Shown piece by piece: positions 1 to 15,500 of a DNA stretch of 64,000 nt. The notes under the pieces were generated by a model. That model had not been told where the DNA came from, searched no databases, and saw only the letters and a list, made by a program, of their open reading frames with translations. The stretch is from Haliotis cracherodii. Lineage: Eukaryota. Numbering within the stretch: the first letter of the stretch is position 1; the number at the start of each line of letters is the position of its first letter. The position numbers and the translations under genes were made by a program. The DNA is taken from NCBI RefSeq assembly GCF_022045235.1, contig NW_027266319.1:47120001-47184000 (forward strand). The letters are read 5' to 3'.

Positions 1-207
1 GTTGACCGGGATGGATAGTGACGTGGTTAACATGTTGACCTGGATGGATAGTGGTGTGGTTAACATGTTGACCGGGATGGATAGTGGCGTGGTTAACATG
101 TTGACCTTGATGGATTGTGGCATGGTTAACATGTTGACCTGGATGGATAGTGGCACACATGTTGACCGGGATGGATAGTGGCACACATGTTGACCGGGAT
201 GGATAGT
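1..207. repeat. 33-bp minisatellite (GTTGACCGGGATGGATAGTGGCGTGGTTAACAT), truncated by window start
   Basis: Four 33-bp units followed by shortened units, read directly. Confidence 0.95.
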
Positions 208-575
208 GATTGATTCATATATCATTAGTTTTCGGAGACTTAAGAACATATTACATTTGATGCCAGATCGTTTGCAAACCTTTTTTTCGGAAAACAATGT
301 ATCTGATGATGAAACAGGGTTTTTAAGAATTGTTTTCTGTATTTTGACAATTGTGATGTTTGATGGATATCATGAATGCTTCTACTGAAGAATGAAACAG
401 TCTAAAAGTGTATCGGCCTTCTGTTTAGCAACGGCTGCTACACAACAGAGATTTGTCGGTAAAGATGCTCATGATATTCGCGCCACAAGCTGACACCACC
501 ATTCGCGTTATTGTCTGGTCAGACAGTGACGGTTTGCCCGGGGAAGCCCCGGAGGATTGGCCTCTCTACATAGTT

Positions 576-3500
576 TCAGTTAATAATGACCTGTTTCCAC
601 TCGCCGCAGTACCTTAATGAAGCTGGAAACCCAAATGTTGTCGTCAAGGTGGAATTCTCTGGACTGAAAACTACAGACAGAGCCCACTCTGTGTGTTTGC
701 TGTGTTTGGTTGACTCAACACAACAGACAGAGCCCACCTTGTGTGTGTGCTATGTTGGTTGACTGAACAGACTGAACTCTACAGACACAGCCCACCTTGT
801 GTGTTTGCTGTGTTGGTTGACTGAACACAACAGACAGAGCCCACCTTGTGTGTGTGCTATGTTGGTTGACTGAACAGACTGAACACTACAGACACAGTCA
901 ACCTAGTGTGTTTGCTGTGTTCGTTGACTGAATACTACAGATAAAGCCGAACTAGTGTGTTTCCTGTGTTGGTTGACTGAACACTACAGACAGAGCCCAC
1001 CTAGTGTGTTTGCTTTGTTGGTTGACTAAACAGACTGAACACTGCAGACACAGCCCACCTAGTGTGTTTGCTGTGTTGGTTGACTGAACAGACTGAACAC
1101 TGCAGACACAGCCCACCTTGTGTGTTTGCTGTGTTGGTTGACTGAACAGACTGAACACTGCAGACACAGCCCACCGAGTGTGTTTCCTGTGTTGGTTGAC
1201 TGAACAGACTGAACACTGCAGACACAGCCCACCTTGTGTGTTTGCTGTGTTGGTTGACTCAACACAACAGACACAGCCCACCTTGTGTGTTTCCTGTGTT
1301 GGTTGACTGAACAGACTGAACACTACAGACACAGCCCACCTAGTGTGTTTGCTGTGTTGGTTGACTGAACAGACTGAACACTGCAGACACAGCCCACCTA
1401 GTGTGTTTGCTGTGTTGGTTGACTGAACAGACTGAAAACTGCAGACAGAGCCCACTTTGTGTGTTTGCTGTGTTTGGTTGACTCAACACAACAGACACAG
1501 CCCACCTTGTGTGTTTGCTGTGTTGGTTGACTGAACAGACTGAACACTGCAGACACAGCCCACCTTGTGTGTTTCCTGTGTTGGTTGACTGAACAGACTG
1601 AACACTACAGACACAGCCCACCTAGTGTGTTTGCTGTGTTGGTTGACTGAACAGACTGAAAACTGCAGACAGAGCCCGCTTTGTGTGTTTGCTGTGTTAG
1701 GTTGACTCAACACAACAGACACAGCCCACCTTGTGTGTTTGCTGTGTTGGTTGACTGAACAGACTGAACACTGCAGACACAGCCCACCTTGTGTGTTTGC
1801 TGTGTTGGTTGACTGAACAGACTGAACATTGCAGACAGAGCCCACCTTGTGTGTTTGCTTTGTTGGTTGACTGAACAGACTGAACACTACAGACACAGCC
1901 AACCTAGTGTGTTTGCTGTGTTGGTTGACTGAACAGACTGAACACTGCAGGCACAGCCCACCTTGTGTGTTTGCTGTGTTGGTTGACTGAACAGACTGAA
2001 CACTGCAGACACAGCCCACCGAGTGTGTTTCCTGTGTTGGTTGACTGAACAGACTGAACACTGCAGACACAGCCCACCTAGTGTGTTTGCTGTGTTGGTT
2101 GACTGAACAGACTGAACACTGCAGACACAGCCCACCTTGTGTGTTTGCTGTGTTTGGTTGACTCAACACAACAGACAGAGCCCACCTTGTGTGTTTGCTG
2201 TGTTGGTTGACTCAACACAACAGACACAGCCCACCTTGTGTGTTTCCTGTGTTGGTTGACTGAACAGACTGAACACTACAGACACAGCCCACCTAGTGTG
2301 TTTGCTGTGTTGGTTGACTGAACAGACTGAACACTGCAGACACAGCCCACCTTGTGTGTTTCCTGTGTTGGTTGACTGAACAGACTGAACACTGCAGACA
2401 CAGCCCACCTAGTGTGTTTCCTGTGTTGGTTGACTGAACAGACTGAACACTACAGACACAGCCCACCTAGTGTGTTTGCTGTGTTGGTTGCCTGAACAGA
2501 CTGAACACTGCAGACACAGCCCACCTTGTGTGTTTGCTGTGTTTGATAGACTGAACAGACTGAACACTACAGACACAGCCCACCAAGTGTGTTTGCTGTG
2601 TTGGTTGCCTGAACAGACTGAACACTACAGACACAGCCCACCTAGTGTGTTTGCTGTGTTGGTTGCCTGAACAGACTGAACACTGCAGACACAGCCCACC
2701 TAGTGTGTTTCCTGTGTTGGTTGACTGAACAGACTGAACACTACAGGCACAGCCCACCTTGTGTGTTTGCTGTGTTTGATAGACTGAACAGACTGAACAC
2801 TACAGACACAGCCCACCTAGTGTGTTTGCTGTGTTGGTTGCCTGAACAGACTGAACACTACAGACACAGCCCACCTAGTGTGTTTGCTGTGTTGGTTGAC
2901 TGAACAGACTGAACACTGCAGACACAGCCCACCTTGTGTGTTTCCTGTGTTGGTTGACTGAACAGACTGAACACTGCAGACACAGCCCACCGAGTGTGTT
3001 TGCTGTGTTGGTTGCCTGAACAGACTGAACACTGCAGGCACAGCCCACCTTGTGTGTTTGCTGTGTTGGTTGACTGAACAGACTGAACACTACAGACACA
3101 GCCCACCTAGTGTGTTTGCTGTGTTGGTTGCCTGAACAGACTGAACACTGCAGACACAGCCCACCTAGTGTGTTTGCTGTGTTGGTTGACTGAACAGACT
3201 GAACACTGCAGACACAGCCCACCTAGTGTGTTTCCTGTGTTGGTTGACTGAACAGACTGAACACTGCAGACACAGCCCACCTAGTGTGTTTGCTGTGTTG
3301 GTTGACTGAACAGACTGAACACTGCAGACACAGCCCACCTTGTGTGTTTGCTGTGTTTGATAGACTGAACACTGCAGACACAGCCCACCGAGTGTGTTTG
3401 CTGTGTTGGTTGACTGAACAGACTGAACACTGCAGACACAGCCAACCTAGTGCGTTTTGTTATGTTTTATATTCTTGTCTCTGGGCGTGGCAAACATTAC

Positions 3501-6500
3501 TTATTCGTCAAATTTCATATTCATGTCTCGGCATGACAAACATTACTTATATGTCATGTTTCACATTCATTGTCTCTCGGCATGACAAACTTTCCTTATT
3601 ACTCTTGTTTCACATTCATTGTCTCTCGGCATGACAAACTTTCCTTATTACTCTTGTTGCACATTCATTGTCTCTCGGCATGACAAACTTTCCTTATTAC
3701 TCTTGTTGCACATTCATTGTCTCTCGGCATGACAAACTTTCCTTATTACTCTTGTTGCACATTCATTGTCTCTCGGCATGACAAACTTTCCTTATTACTC
3801 TTGTTGCACATTCATTGTCTCTCGGCATGACAAACTTTCCTTATTACTCTTGTTGCACATTCATTGTCTCTCGGCATGACAAACTTTCCTTATTACTCTT
3901 GTTGCACATTCATTGTCTCTTGGCATGACAAACTTTCCTTATTACTCTTGTTGCACATTCATTGTCTCTCGGCATGACAAACTTTCCTTATTACTCTTGT
4001 TGCACATTCATTGTCTCTCGGCATGACAAACTTTCCTTATTACTCTTGTTGCACATTCATTGTCTCTCAGCGTGACAAACACTTATTACTTACTTGTCAT
4101 GTTTCACATTTCTGTCCCTTGTTGTGACAAACGTTATGTTTCACATTCCTGTCTCTTGACGTGACAAAGATTACTTATACGTTGTGTTTCACATTCATGT
4201 CTGTGAGCATGGCAAATATTACTTACTCATCATATTTCATACCTTTCCTTGCTTTCGGCATGACAAACATTACTTATTCGTCATGTTTCATATTCCTTTC
4301 TTTCGGCATGACAAACACTACTTATTACTGATGTTTCACATTCCTGTCTGTGAGAGTAACAACCATTACATATTCATCATGTTTCATATTCCTGTCTCTC
4401 GGTGTGACAAACATTACTTATTCGTCATGTCTCACATTCCTGTCTCTCGGCGCGACAAACATTACTTTTTCATCATGTTTCACATTCCTGTCTCTCGGCG
4501 TGACAAACATTACTTATTCGTCATGTTTCACATTCCTGTATCTCAGCGAGACAAACATTACTTTTTCGTCATGTTTCACATTCCTGTCTCTTGGCGTGGC
4601 AAACATTACTTTTTCGTCATGTTTCACATTCCTGTCCCTTGGCGTGACAATCATTACTTTTTCATCATGTTTCACATTCCTGTCTCTCGGCGTGACAAAC
4701 ACTACTCATTACTCATGTTTCACATTCCTGTCTCTCAGCGTAACAAACATTTCTTATTTGTCATTTTTCACATTTCTGTCTCTTGGAGTGACAAACATTA
4801 CTTGTTCATCATGTTTCACGTTCCTGTCTGTGAGAGTAACAACCATTACGTATTCGTCATGTCACACATTCCTGTCTCTCCGGCCTGACAACCATTACGT
4901 ATTCTTCATGTCACACATTCCTGTCTCCCGGCGTGACAAACATTATTTATTCGTCATGTTTCACATTCCTGTCTCTCAGCGTGACAAACATTACTTATTC
5001 ATCATGTTTCACATTCCTGTCTCTCAGCGTAACAACCATTATATATTCATCATGTTTCACATTCCTGTCTCTCAGCGTCACAACCATTACATATTCGTCT
5101 ATTTCACATTCCTGTCTCTAGGCGTGAAAACCTTTCCTTATTATTCATGTTTCACATTCATGTCTGTGAGCGTAACAAACATTTCTTATTTGTCATGTTT
5201 CACATCTCTGTCTCTTGGAGTGACAAACATTACGTGTACATCATGTTTCACATTCATGTCTCTCGGCGTGACAAACACTACTTATTACTCATGTTTCACA
5301 TTCATGTCTTTTAGCATGACAAGAATTACATATTCATCATGTTTCACGTTCCTGTCTCTTGGCAGGACAAACATTGTTTCACATTCCTTTCTTTTGGCAT
5401 GGCAAACATTACTTATTCGTCATGTTTCATATTCCTTTCTTTCGGCATGACAAACATTCCTTATTACTGATGTTTTACATTCATGTCTCTTGGCAGGACA
5501 CACATTATGTTTAACATTCCTTTCTTTTGGCATGACGGTAATTACTTATTCGTCATGTTTCACATGCCTTTCTTTCGGCGTGACAGACATTACTTATTGC
5601 GGATGTTTCACATTCATGTCTGTGAGAGTAACAACCATTACTTATTTGTCATGTTACACATTCCTGTCTCTCAATGTGACAAACATTACTTATTACTCAT
5701 GTTTCACATTCCTGTCTCTCGGCATAACAAACATTACTTATTCATCATGTTTCATATTCCTTTCTTTTGGCATGACAAAAATTACTTATTGCTGATGTTT
5801 CACATTCATGTCTGTGAGAGTAAAAACCATTACGTATTCATCATGTTTCACATTTCTGTCTCTCGGCACGACAAACATTAATTATTCGTCATGTTTCACA
5901 TTCCTGTATCTCGGCGTGGCAAACATTACTTTTTCGTCATGTTTCACATTCCTGTCTCTCGGAGTGACAAACATTACATATTAGTCTATTTCACATTCCT
6001 GTCTCTAGGCGTGACAAACTTTCCTTATTACTCATCTTTCACATTCCTGTCTCTCAGCGTGACAAACATTACTTATTGTGGATGTTTCACATTCATGTCC
6101 TGTGAGAGTAACAACCATTACTTATTTGTCATGTTACACATTCCTGTCTCTCAACGTGACAAACACTACTTATTACTCACGTTTCACATTCCTGTCTCTC
6201 GGCGTGACAAACATTACTTATTCATCATGTTTCATATTCCTTTCTTTTGGCATGACAAAAATTACTTATTGCTGATGTTTCACATTCATGTCTGTGAGAG
6301 TAAAAACCATTACGTATTCGTCATGTTACACATTCCTGTCTCTAAACGTGACAAACATTACTTATTACTCATGTTTCACATTCCTGTCTCTCAGCGTGAC
6401 AAACACTACTTATTACTCATGTTTCACATTCCTGTCTCTCGGCGTGACAAACACTACTTATTACTCATGTTTCACATTCCTGTCTCTCGGCGTGACAAAC

Positions 6501-9500
6501 ATTACTTATTCATCTGTTTCAGATTCATGTCTCTTGGCGTGACAAACATTACATATTCGTCATGTTTGAAATTCATATCTGTGAGCGTAACAAACATGAC
6601 ATATTCGTTATGTTTCACGTGCCTGCCTGTGGGCATAGCAACCATTACTTATTCGTCATGTTTCATATTCTTGCCTCTCGGCATGACAATCACTACTTAT
6701 TCATCATGTTTCACATTCCTTTCTCACGGAGTGACAAACATTACTTATTCTATATGTTTCAAATGCCTGTCTCTCGGAGTGACAAACGTTACTTATTTGT
6801 CATGCTTCACATTCATGTCTGTGAGCGTAACAAACATTACATATTCGTCATGTTTCACATTCCTGTCCCTCGGCCTGACAACCATTACGTATTCTTCATG
6901 TCACACATTCCTGTCTCTCGGAGTGACAAACGTTACTTATTCGTCATGTTTCACATTCCTTTCTCTCGGAGTGACAAACATTACGTATTCTATAGCCGCC
7001 TCCGTGGTCTTGCGGTAGAGCGTCCGCCCGGAGAGCAGAAGGTCCGGCGTTCGATCCCCGGCCGCGTCATACCAAAATACTTTAAAAGATGGTACTTGTT
7101 GTTACCCTGTCTGGCGCTCGGCATTAAGGGGCTCAAACAAGGACTGGTCGGCTCGGAGTCCGTATACTGTGTCTGAGTGGGGTATTCATGTTAAACTGCG
7201 GCATGGTATCTCAGTGAGCTAGCACTTTAAATCGGCATCAGTCCGGACTAGTGCAAGCAACCACACACACGTGCATGCACGTCGCTATATAAGTGCAATA
7301 ATCTTGGATGCGACGTTAAACCCAATTTCACACCTCACTTATTCTATATGTTTCACATACCTGTCTCAAGGAGTGACAAACGTTACTTATTCGTCATGTT
7401 TCATATTCCTTTCTCTCGGAGTGACAAACATTACTTATTCGTCATGTTTCACATTCCTTTCTCTCGGAGTGACAAACATTACATATTCGTCATGTTTCAC
7501 ATTCCTTTCTCTCGGAGTGACAAACATTACTTATTCGTCATGTTTCACATTCTTGAGACTCGGCATGACAAACAGCCCCGTATGCGTCATGTTTCACATG
7601 TTCTCTGCTAAATTCATACAATTCTTCATTCACCATGTCCTGTCTCCAGATCGCGGCTGTGTGTACAGCTATTATTGCCTGCTGTTGGCAAGGTCGTTAC
7701 GCGCCAGGGTCCAAAATGTAGGCTTGGGCCTCCTTCAAGAAGCGGTTTTAGCTTTACGACTATGTGTCAGTGTTTAATTATGTCAGTTACGACTGTCATA
7801 GACTGTTGTGTCTCACCACGTAGTTTATTGAGCTCACCCCTTGACCCCTGCATCAACCCCAAAGGTCCACATAACGAACCAATAAACAGATTTGGATTGA
7901 TGTCATGCCGTGGTGTTCTTTCATTAACAAGGGGTTTTGTTCACTTGGCTCATCCACCGTCACGCCATTAACAAAACGTACACCCACGACATTAACGCTC
8001 ATTTTGTAAAACAAACACCCGGTCTAACAAGTGATCTGTCTATTTATAGTATACATGTTTACAGTCGCCAAAGTGTGGACATGCCCTTCGCCATGGTATC
8101 ATGTTGACATTGCTTGACTCTTTGTTCTGACAACGTGTGTTATACGCCCTGTTACATACTTGTCTTGGTTAAAGTCCTTATTATGTAAGTTGGATTATTA
8201 CATAACATTTAGACTGCGAGGTCACATTCAATGACATGTTTATGTGAGGGAGACCATTCTTGGATGAGTTCCATGTAACGCAAACAATTTCAAGTCACCT
8301 TTCACGTCGTTATCTGTAATGATAAAAGGTATCGCAGTGACGCCACACCGATACGTCATGTGGATGACGTACATAGAACACCGTCGACGAGATAGAATCA
8401 TGAGAATGAATGCTCACTGGTCATAACACGATAACAATTCTATACTTGCACTCACCAATCAGAGATGATGAAATCAGGCCCAAATTACTTGTTCGTAGTT
8501 CACCTGACACTGCCACGTGTTACACTGTGTGTGACGTCACGACTGCGGCTCACCCAACTGTGTGAGCTCAGTCACGTGTTGTCCGCATGACTCTCGCTGC
8601 CATGGCGACGCAGTTTGAGACGTGTGGTAATCCGCATCGCCCAGCGTCAATCTGTCAACACGGACAAAGAGCCAATGCACTGCGGCCTTGTTCAATGTCG
8701 AGACTCGAGATCACGGGTCGCTCGTTACCGGCGTGTAGTTGTTGTTGCAGTCTGGTTAGTACAAATTGTTGACAATTAACCTGATACACCTGGGCCACGT
8801 GATAGAGCATATACAGCACAATGTGGACTATTGAAAAGAACAGAGTATATAACCATTTCACTGTTTGCCGATGCTTCTCCCTGTGGGATCTACAGTCATA
8901 TTGTCTGTAACAACATAGATAAATACAGTAATATTGTCAGTAACAACATTGATATATAAAGTCATATTGTCAGTAACAACATAGATAAATACAGAATTAT
9001 TGTCAGTAACAACATAGATATATAGTCACATTGTCAGTAACAACATAGATAAATATAGTAATCTTGTCAGTAACAACATAGATATATAGTCATATTGTCA
9101 GTTACAACAGATATTTACAGTCATATCAATAACAACAGATATATGCAGTCATATCAATAACAACAGATATATGCAGTCATATTGTCAGTACCAACATAGA
9201 TATATACAGTCATACTGTTAGTTACAACATTGATATATAGTCATATTGTCAGTAACAACATAGGTATCTACAGTCACATTGTCAGTAACAACATAGATAT
9301 GTGTAGTCTTATTGTCAGTAAGAAATGAGATATCTACAGTCATGTTGTCAGTAACAACATAAGATATATATAATCATATTGTCAGTAACAACATAGATAT
9401 CTACAGTCACATTGTCAGTAACAACATTGATATTTACAGTCATAGTGTCTGTAACAACACTGATATATAGTCACGTTGTCAGTTACAACGTTGATATTTA

Positions 9501-12500
9501 AAGTCATATTGTCAGTAACAACAGATATTTACAGTCATATTGTCTGTAACAACATTGATATATAGTCACATTGTCAGTAACAACGTTGATAATTAGTCAT
9601 TTTCTCAGTAACAACATAGATATATGGTCAGATTGTCAGTAACAACATTGATATTTACAGTCATATTGTCAGTAACAACATAGCTTTATAGTCATATTGT
9701 CAGTAACAACATTGATATATACAGTCATATTGTCAGTAACAACATTGATATATACAGTCCTATTGAAACACCATCGATAGTCATATATCGTAAATAGCAA
9801 CATTGGACCCGTGAAGATCCGGGTAGAGAATAGGTCATCAGCAACCCATTCTTGCCGTAAAATGCTACCATGCTTGTCGTAAGAGGCGATTAATGGGATT
9901 GGATGGCCAAGCTCGCTGATTGATTGGTTATGCGTGACATCGTATCCCAATTGCGTACATTAATACTCATGATGTCAGACACTTGATTGTATGGTTCAAA
10001 ACTCGATTATTTAGAGATAACTGGAACATTTCCGAGTGCGGCGTTAAACAACAAAGCAACATTGATATCTACAGGCATGTATGGAAAATAACAATATAGA
10101 TATCTGCAGTCATATCGTCATATAAATTTTATTTACAGGTCGCCGTAATATAGCTTGCATATTGCTGTGTGTGGCGTTAAACAACAAACAAACAAACATT
10201 GATACCAACATTCATACGGTCATAATGCAGATAGCATTTAGCTGGAATACTGCTGAGTGCGGCGTTAAACAAACAAACAAACAAACAAACAGATTGATAC
10301 CTACAGTCATATGGTCATAACACAGCTATCTACACCGTCATATTGCCAATAACAACATAGATATACACACCGTTATGTCACCAATAACATAAATATACAC
10401 ACCGTCATATCGTCAAAAACATCATTGATATCTACAGTCATATCGTCAATAACAACAATGATATCGACAGTCATATGGTAATAACACATATATCTACACA
10501 CCGTCATATCACCAATAACAACATAGATATACACACCGTCATATCACCAACAACAACATAGATATACACACCGTCATATCGCCAATAGCAACATAGATAT
10601 ACACACCGTCATATCGCCAATAGCAGCATAGATATACACACCGTCATATCGCCAGTAACAACATATATATACACACCGTCATATCGCCAATAACAACATA
10701 GATATACACAACGTCATATCGCCAGTAACAACATATATATACACACCGTCATATCGCCAATAACAACATAGATATACACAACGTCATATCGTCAAGAACA
10801 ACATAGATATACACACCATCATGTCGTAAACAATATTTCTATCTAGTCATATCGCCAATATAAACATTGATATCTTCAGTCATTTCGTTAATAACATAGA
10901 TATCTACACTGTCATACCTCCAATAACAACATTAATATCTTGCTTATTTGTTTATTTGATGTTTAACGCCGCACTCAGCAATATTCCAGCTAGATGACGG
11001 CGGTCTGTAAGTAATCGAGTCAAAGATCAAGCCATGTCAACAACAACATTGATATCTAGCCATACCGTCAATACCAACATATATACCTACAGTCAAATGG
11101 TCAATAGCAATATTTCCGAAGTTTTTTTTATGTTTTTAGTCAAAGATGGCTTCCTAGCGGCTATGTTGAAATTCCAATTTTGCAGCCTTGAACCATCCGT
11201 CACCACTCGCCCTTTTCCGTATAAACCTGCCAGTAGACTCGTCCCGCCTATCGATCACTTGGTGGTTTTCGATTATATAATTTGAGCGACCTGAGTCAAC
11301 CGAGGTGACTAGATTCAGCCTGAGTACACCGGTGTTAATCAAGGATAATTTAGGTCAGTATCCGAAATATAACGCATAAACAGCAACCTAAATTAAAATA
11401 CAAAATAGTTGCCAGGAGACCGAGAAACACAATAGTGAAGTGCTATAACACACAACTATAGGAGAGGTTAACAGGTGTTTCATTGCTTCATATAGCTGCC
11501 AATATACCTTTTCAAATTTAATGCATATATAACGACACGAAAGCTCAAAATAACACGTAGAACAACAAACAGAGAAGCAAAATCGTCACCAAAGTTGTAT
11601 TATGATCAATACAATAGTTAATTATATTTGTTAAAATGCTTTTATTCATGATTGAATCTATAAATTAAACACATTTTCCTTACCGATTACGTCAATTGGA
11701 GGTTTCTAACCAGGGCACCACACCCCAAGGGTACAGTAGGTGTGGGGAACTTATGTAAGCGGCAAATGAAAGTATAGGTTGGCAATTAGTAATTTTCCTA
11801 AAAATAGCGATAACTAGTGGAAAGTGGGTATTGGGAATATGACTGCCCAGGAACAGGTACCAAAAAACACCTCACCCGAACGCGCCACCTTTGACGGCGC
11901 TCGTGCGGTGACAAAAAATTGGTGAAACAGGTTTCTCGCCTATGGCATAAACTGCACGTGCATGTTAGCTGTATAAATGCGTTCGTCTGCAGGGATATAA
12001 CCACACGTGATGAAAGCACACAAAAGAAATGTCACGACTGTCACAGGAGCAGAGAGAGAGAGAGCCATCGGTATGGCCGAAATGGGGGCAACACAAGTCC
12101 AGATTGCCAGAAGGTTTGGTTGTACACCATTGACAGTAGCCAGGCTAATTCAACGGTACAGGCAGACAGGGAGGACACACGACAGGCCTAGAACCGGACG
12201 ACCCCGAGTGACAACACCACTAGAAGACGGTCAGATACGGCTCATTCACCTGCGAAACAGATTCGTAACGGCGACGGCAGCCACAGCGTCGCGATATCTC
12301 ATTAGCCAACCTACAGTACTACGACGACTTCGTGCTGCTGGAATCCGAGCGTATCGTCCTTTCCGAGGAATGGTACTGACTGCTCAACATCGACGCCTGA
12401 GACTGGGATGGGCGAGGCAGGTTCGACGCTGGCAAGTGATAAATTGGCGTCTAGTGCTGTTTACTGATGAAAGTCGGTTTAACTTGTTTCGAAATGACGG

Positions 12501-15500
12501 CAGAGAACGAGTTTATCTACGCAGAGGGGAACGTTTGGCTCCGGTGTGTATTCGAGAGGTCTATCCATTCGGCGGGGGAGGTGTCATGGTGTGGGGCGGT
12601 ATTTGTGGAGATCAGAAGACTGATTTGGTGATTATACAGGGAAATCTGAGCGCTGTGCAGTACAGAGACCAAGTGTTGCAGCCAATTGTGCTTCCGTTCT
12701 TACAAAACCAACAGCAGGGGACATTGTTTCAACACGACAATGCCAGGCCCCATACTGAAAGAGTCGGAACTTTCTAAACCAGCAGAACGTTGACGTTTTG
12801 CCCTGGCCTGCCCACTCACCCGATATGAATCCTATTGAACATCTGTGGGACCATCTTCACAGACAGATTAGAGCACGCAATCAGCCACCCGTCAACAGAC
12901 AAGAATTGAAGCAGGCCCTGAGAGACGAGTGGCAACGGATTCGAGTCCACGTCATCAGAAGAATGACGTCATCGTCGAGGCGTTGAGGCAGCTGGAGGTC
13001 ATACACGCTATAAAAGGCAACGGTGTCGACAATGAACTTGTAGTGTGTCTGACAATTTTTGGTGACATTTCAGACAACTTTTGAAAATGAAATTTCTTAC
13101 CCCACCATTGTTTACCTTCAGCTTACATTACCTGTGATTGCACAATTTCATTCAAACTGTGGTTAATCAATCATTTGTTACCCCTTCCTAGATTATATTA
13201 GTATAATCTTCCTAATTCACAATAAAATCTCTTCTTGTTATTTTTTTATCGATCGTGGATTTCGACCTAGACTTTCTTTTGCCGCCCAGTTTATTATTGG
13301 TCAACCAAGTATAACTTGGGTCAGCACGGGTTTATCTGGGTCTTCCAGGGTTTTCAAATCGAACGCATGCAATGTTATGCGCGAAGGCATATCAAACCAG
13401 ACAAAATGCGCGTACAGATTACATTGATAAAACTAATCCAGAATACTTAAATCAGTTATGGCAATACCACCTTCCCGAGACAAGAGGGGCCATATCAAAG
13501 TCTGGGTTGATTTATCTCAGGGAGATAAATGGCAATATGTGATCACTGAAAAGAAACGTGAAAAATACGTTCATATCGAAATTAGAATTCGTTAAGAAAC
13601 GACCTGCATTTCACAACCCGAATCGCGAAAGTGCGGGGTGGGGTGTACGTGCGACGAGCTTGTGGAACATTTCGTGTGCATGACCCACGTTAAAATGGGT
13701 CATTTTTGTTACTGATGCGTCAAATTTGGAAAAGTCCTGTACATGTCGACCATAAAACGTTTTCAAACCTTAAATGCTATAACATTGATCCAACAACTCT
13801 GACCAAGAGTCGTGTGTCCCTGTTCAAAATTCTTTATAAAAATAGCATGCTTGATTGTACTTCAAAAGTTGTGAAATGTAAACACCAAAGACTCGCCCTG
13901 TCGTATGAAATACCACGAAAGCCTAATGGTGCCACTTTCGATTATTTTCTCGTTATTCAAGTTTATTTCAAAACCCGAAATTTCGGAAAAGAAATTATCG
14001 TAACTTTGATTAGTTTTGCGTTCCTTTATGTATTAACTCGTCATTTCATTTTTTTTCTCATTGCTTCGATTTATTTTTCTCGCTACTTCAATTATTTTCT
14101 TGTAATATCGATTATGTTTTCATTATTTCAAGTTTATTTTTAAAAAAAGTTGAGAAAAGGCTGGACCTGCTGAATGGGATATTACGAAAGCCTAATGGTG
14201 CCACTTTTCGATTTTTTTTCTCTCGTTACAATTGATCATTTTGAGTCCCATTAATTATTTACTCGTTATTTCATTAATTTTCCAGTTGCTTCGAAATATT
14301 TTTCCGTTACTTTGATCATTTTCTGGTAATTTCGATTGTTTTCTCGTTATTTCTAGATTATTCAAAAAGTGTTGGTAAATGTAAACACCAAAGGCTGGAC
14401 CTGCTGCTTTGGATACTACGAAAGTCTAAAGGTGCCAATTTGGTAGCATATATTTTTTTTTAAGCGAACTTTCTCGTAAATTCAATTATTTCCTCGTTAT
14501 TTCAATTATTGTCTCGATTTTTTCCTTCGGGTTTCTTTCTCGTTACTTCGATTTCTATCTCGTAAATTTAAAATGGTTTCAAAATCTTGATATTTCGAGA
14601 AAATAATTGAATTCACGAGAGCGTAAAATCGAAATTCATGGAAAATATTTGAAATCACGAGAAAAAATATACAAATTTGAGTTTGGGAAATAAAATGGAA
14701 ATAACGAGAACATAATCGAAATACTTGAAACAACGAATAAACATTCGATATTTCGATTTTTTAGATAAACTTCAAACGAGACAATGTTCGAAGTAACGAA
14801 AAAAAACTCCACATTTCGATAAAATTATTGAGATAACGATAAATTTCTTTCTAAAAAAATGCTACCAAAGTACCACCATTAGGTCTTCGTATTATACTGC
14901 TCGACATAAAGGAAACGTAGACTATTCGGATGTTGAAACCATCCCTCTTGTCATGCAGTTTTGAGGTACGTCTTTTGTCATTCTGTATTTTTATGCATAG
15001 ATCTAAATATGAAATATTGTTGATTCATGTCTTCGTATCTCAATTGCGTGGATCGATGCTCATGATCGACCGCCGTCATATAGATGGAATATTCCTGAGT
15101 GCGGTGTTAAAAACAACAAACAAAACAAAACAAATCAAGTTCATGTGGGTGAATAAATGGAAGGGACATGGTTATGTGACTGTTTTTAACGATATCAGAT
15201 CATCGATATACATCGTGGATAATATTTATGGCAATGGCTGATTTGTCCACTGGTGTATTGTCCTAATTTCATTCCGTAATTGCCTCATAAGTGCAGCATT
15301 ATATGCTCGGTTTGTGTGTGTGGCCTTTTGGAAGATAACACGGAGGACATAAACTTTGCAGCTGATGGGACAGTCTTTACATTCTTTGGAGGTGGTGATG
15401 TCGAATGCTTCCACTGTTTTGATTGTTGTTTGGACTCGGCCGAGAAGTGGTGAACCCAGGTTTCACCCATAGTCACAAATCATTGCAAGAATCTATCTGG

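Noticed and set aside
952-7611. Numerous Cys- or His-rich ORFs
   Set aside because: Translations of the 58- and 48-bp minisatellites with frequent frameshifts.
8440-8612. Promoter-like cluster (CCAAT, CRE TGACGTCA, E-boxes, GCCATGGCG)
   Set aside because: The CpG richness is largely explained by the minus-strand exon 8651-8554; short motifs alone are insufficient.
13610-13770. Minus-strand peptide containing DFSKFDAS, like RdRp motif A
   Set aside because: Only ~52 codons, with no motif B or GDD downstream; probably chance, though an extra exon cannot be excluded.
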